DNA of 64,000 nt from Fistulifera solaris (Eukaryota): positions 372,001 through 436,000 of the forward strand of contig AP026123.1 of assembly GCA_030295235.1 (NCBI GenBank), given 5' to 3'. How positions within the stretch are numbered: position 1 is the first letter of the stretch; every line of letters starts with the position of its first letter. Below are positions 62,976 to 64,000 of this stretch, piece by piece. Under the pieces are notes generated by a model that saw only the letters and a program-made list of their open reading frames with translations, made no database searches and was not told the DNA's origin. The position numbers and the translations under genes are program-made.

Positions 62976-63917
62976 TTACAACGCTCCCTGTTCCGCGTGT
63001 CTATTGACATCAATCTGGAGATCCGATAGAAGAGCCTGTAGTTCCTTGGATTCTCGAACGAAGTCAGGAAAACTGTTAATTGCTTCTTGAAGCAAGTGAC
63101 TTCTGGCGGTGCCACGCGGAAACATCATTGACAAGCATGATATGTACGACGCGTATAGCTGAACATTTTTGTTCAACTCATCCGCAGCAATAAGATCCGA
63201 CAGCGCGATAGAAGCAAGTTCGCGAGCTTCGGTGATAGTGCTTGTAGCAAGCGAACAATGCTTGAAAATCGTAAGATACGTTTCCGCATTCGGTTTAGCA
63301 TACTGATTTCCACATCGATAGTCGACTTTCATTCTTTCATAGACGGAAGCCAAATCTCCTATACAATTTTCATCCCCATCACTTCGAAAGGCGTCCATCA
63401 CAAGATGATAACATGTCGCGGATGGCAGAGGAGAAACGCTGCTGACGAGGTGTCGATTCGTCATTCGATCCAAAATCGCCAATGCTTCCTTGCCCGCTTC
63501 GCCACCAGTCACTATTGACCAAGCCTTGATGACACCCTGATAGCAGGCTTCTGTGGGTCGCAACGGATCAAGAGCTCCTGATTGATCATAGAACGTTTCT
63601 AATTGCTCTAAAATTGCCCCAGCTCTTTCCGCCGACTCTTTTCCACCAACTTGGGCCCAGCTGTTTATCACATGAGCAAAGTTGAACGTGCTCGGGCGGC
63701 AATTAGGATTTTTTCCACTTGCATAACTTTGCTGCATTTCATTCAAAATGGCCTCCATTTTGATAGGAGCATCTCGTCTCCCGCTGTTCCTCCAAGCAAT
63801 TTGGTACGCTGCGTATGTGTAAGAAGACGGTCTAAAAAGTAATCGAACTTCAGCGAACAGTCGTTCAACGTTTTTCAGGTACCTAACATCTTTAGACTTT
63901 GTCCATGCGTGAATCAT
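62976..63917 (-). CDS. PPR-like helical repeat protein, 3' part (probably continues beyond the window)
   Basis: PSSYTYAAYQIAW, PSTFNFAHVINSWA, PTEACYQGVIKAW, PNAETYLTI. Confidence 0.8.
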   Translation of the reverse strand: MIHAWTKSKDVRYLKNVERLFAEVRLLFRPSSYTYAAYQIAWRNSGRRDAPIKMEAILNEMQQSYASGKNPNCRPSTFNFAHVINSWAQVGGKESAERAGAILEQLETFYDQSGALDPLRPTEACYQGVIKAWSIVTGGEAGKEALAILDRMTNRHLVSSVSPLPSATCYHLVMDAFRSDGDENCIGDLASVYERMKVDYRCGNQYAKPNAETYLTIFKHCSLATSTITEARELASIALSDLIAADELNKNVQLYASYISCLSMMFPRGTARSHLLQEAINSFPDFVRESKELQALLSDLQIDVNRHAEQGAL

Positions 63918-64000
63918 TGCCTAATTTCACACGGATTGATCGAATGAGTTTCTTTCTTTGAAAAAACGATGTGTCTTGATTGATGCCCAACTTACCGCAT

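Overview
Gene-dense eukaryotic nuclear DNA from a raphid pennate diatom. Supporting signs are short GT-AG introns, bipartite signal+ASAF-type plastid presequences, an aureochrome and a SELMA-type Derlin; a Fistulifera-like lineage is an unverified inference. About 28 protein genes are recognisable, including NOC4, NSA1/WDR74, chlG, ABCF, ABCB, aureochrome, LrgB/PLGG1-like, class II CPD photolyase, P4H, CWC24, HSF and PPRs. Many are broken by single-base indels in homopolymers, most likely long-read assembly errors. Most notable: (1) a 7.7-kb non-autonomous element (25751-33420) with split direct repeats, no TSD, a ~162-bp internal minisatellite, and an intron-like 214-bp segment in only one repeat copy; (2) a spliced AlkB-type 2OG-Fe(II) dioxygenase fused to an SRA/YDG methyl-DNA reader (about 12819-14440); (3) several palindrome-built repeats (207-bp satellite, ~62-bp array, two MITE-like elements); (4) a five-CBM6 secreted protein and a fascin-like/IFI27-like fusion. 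All protein assignments come from motif recognition by eye; no searches were run.
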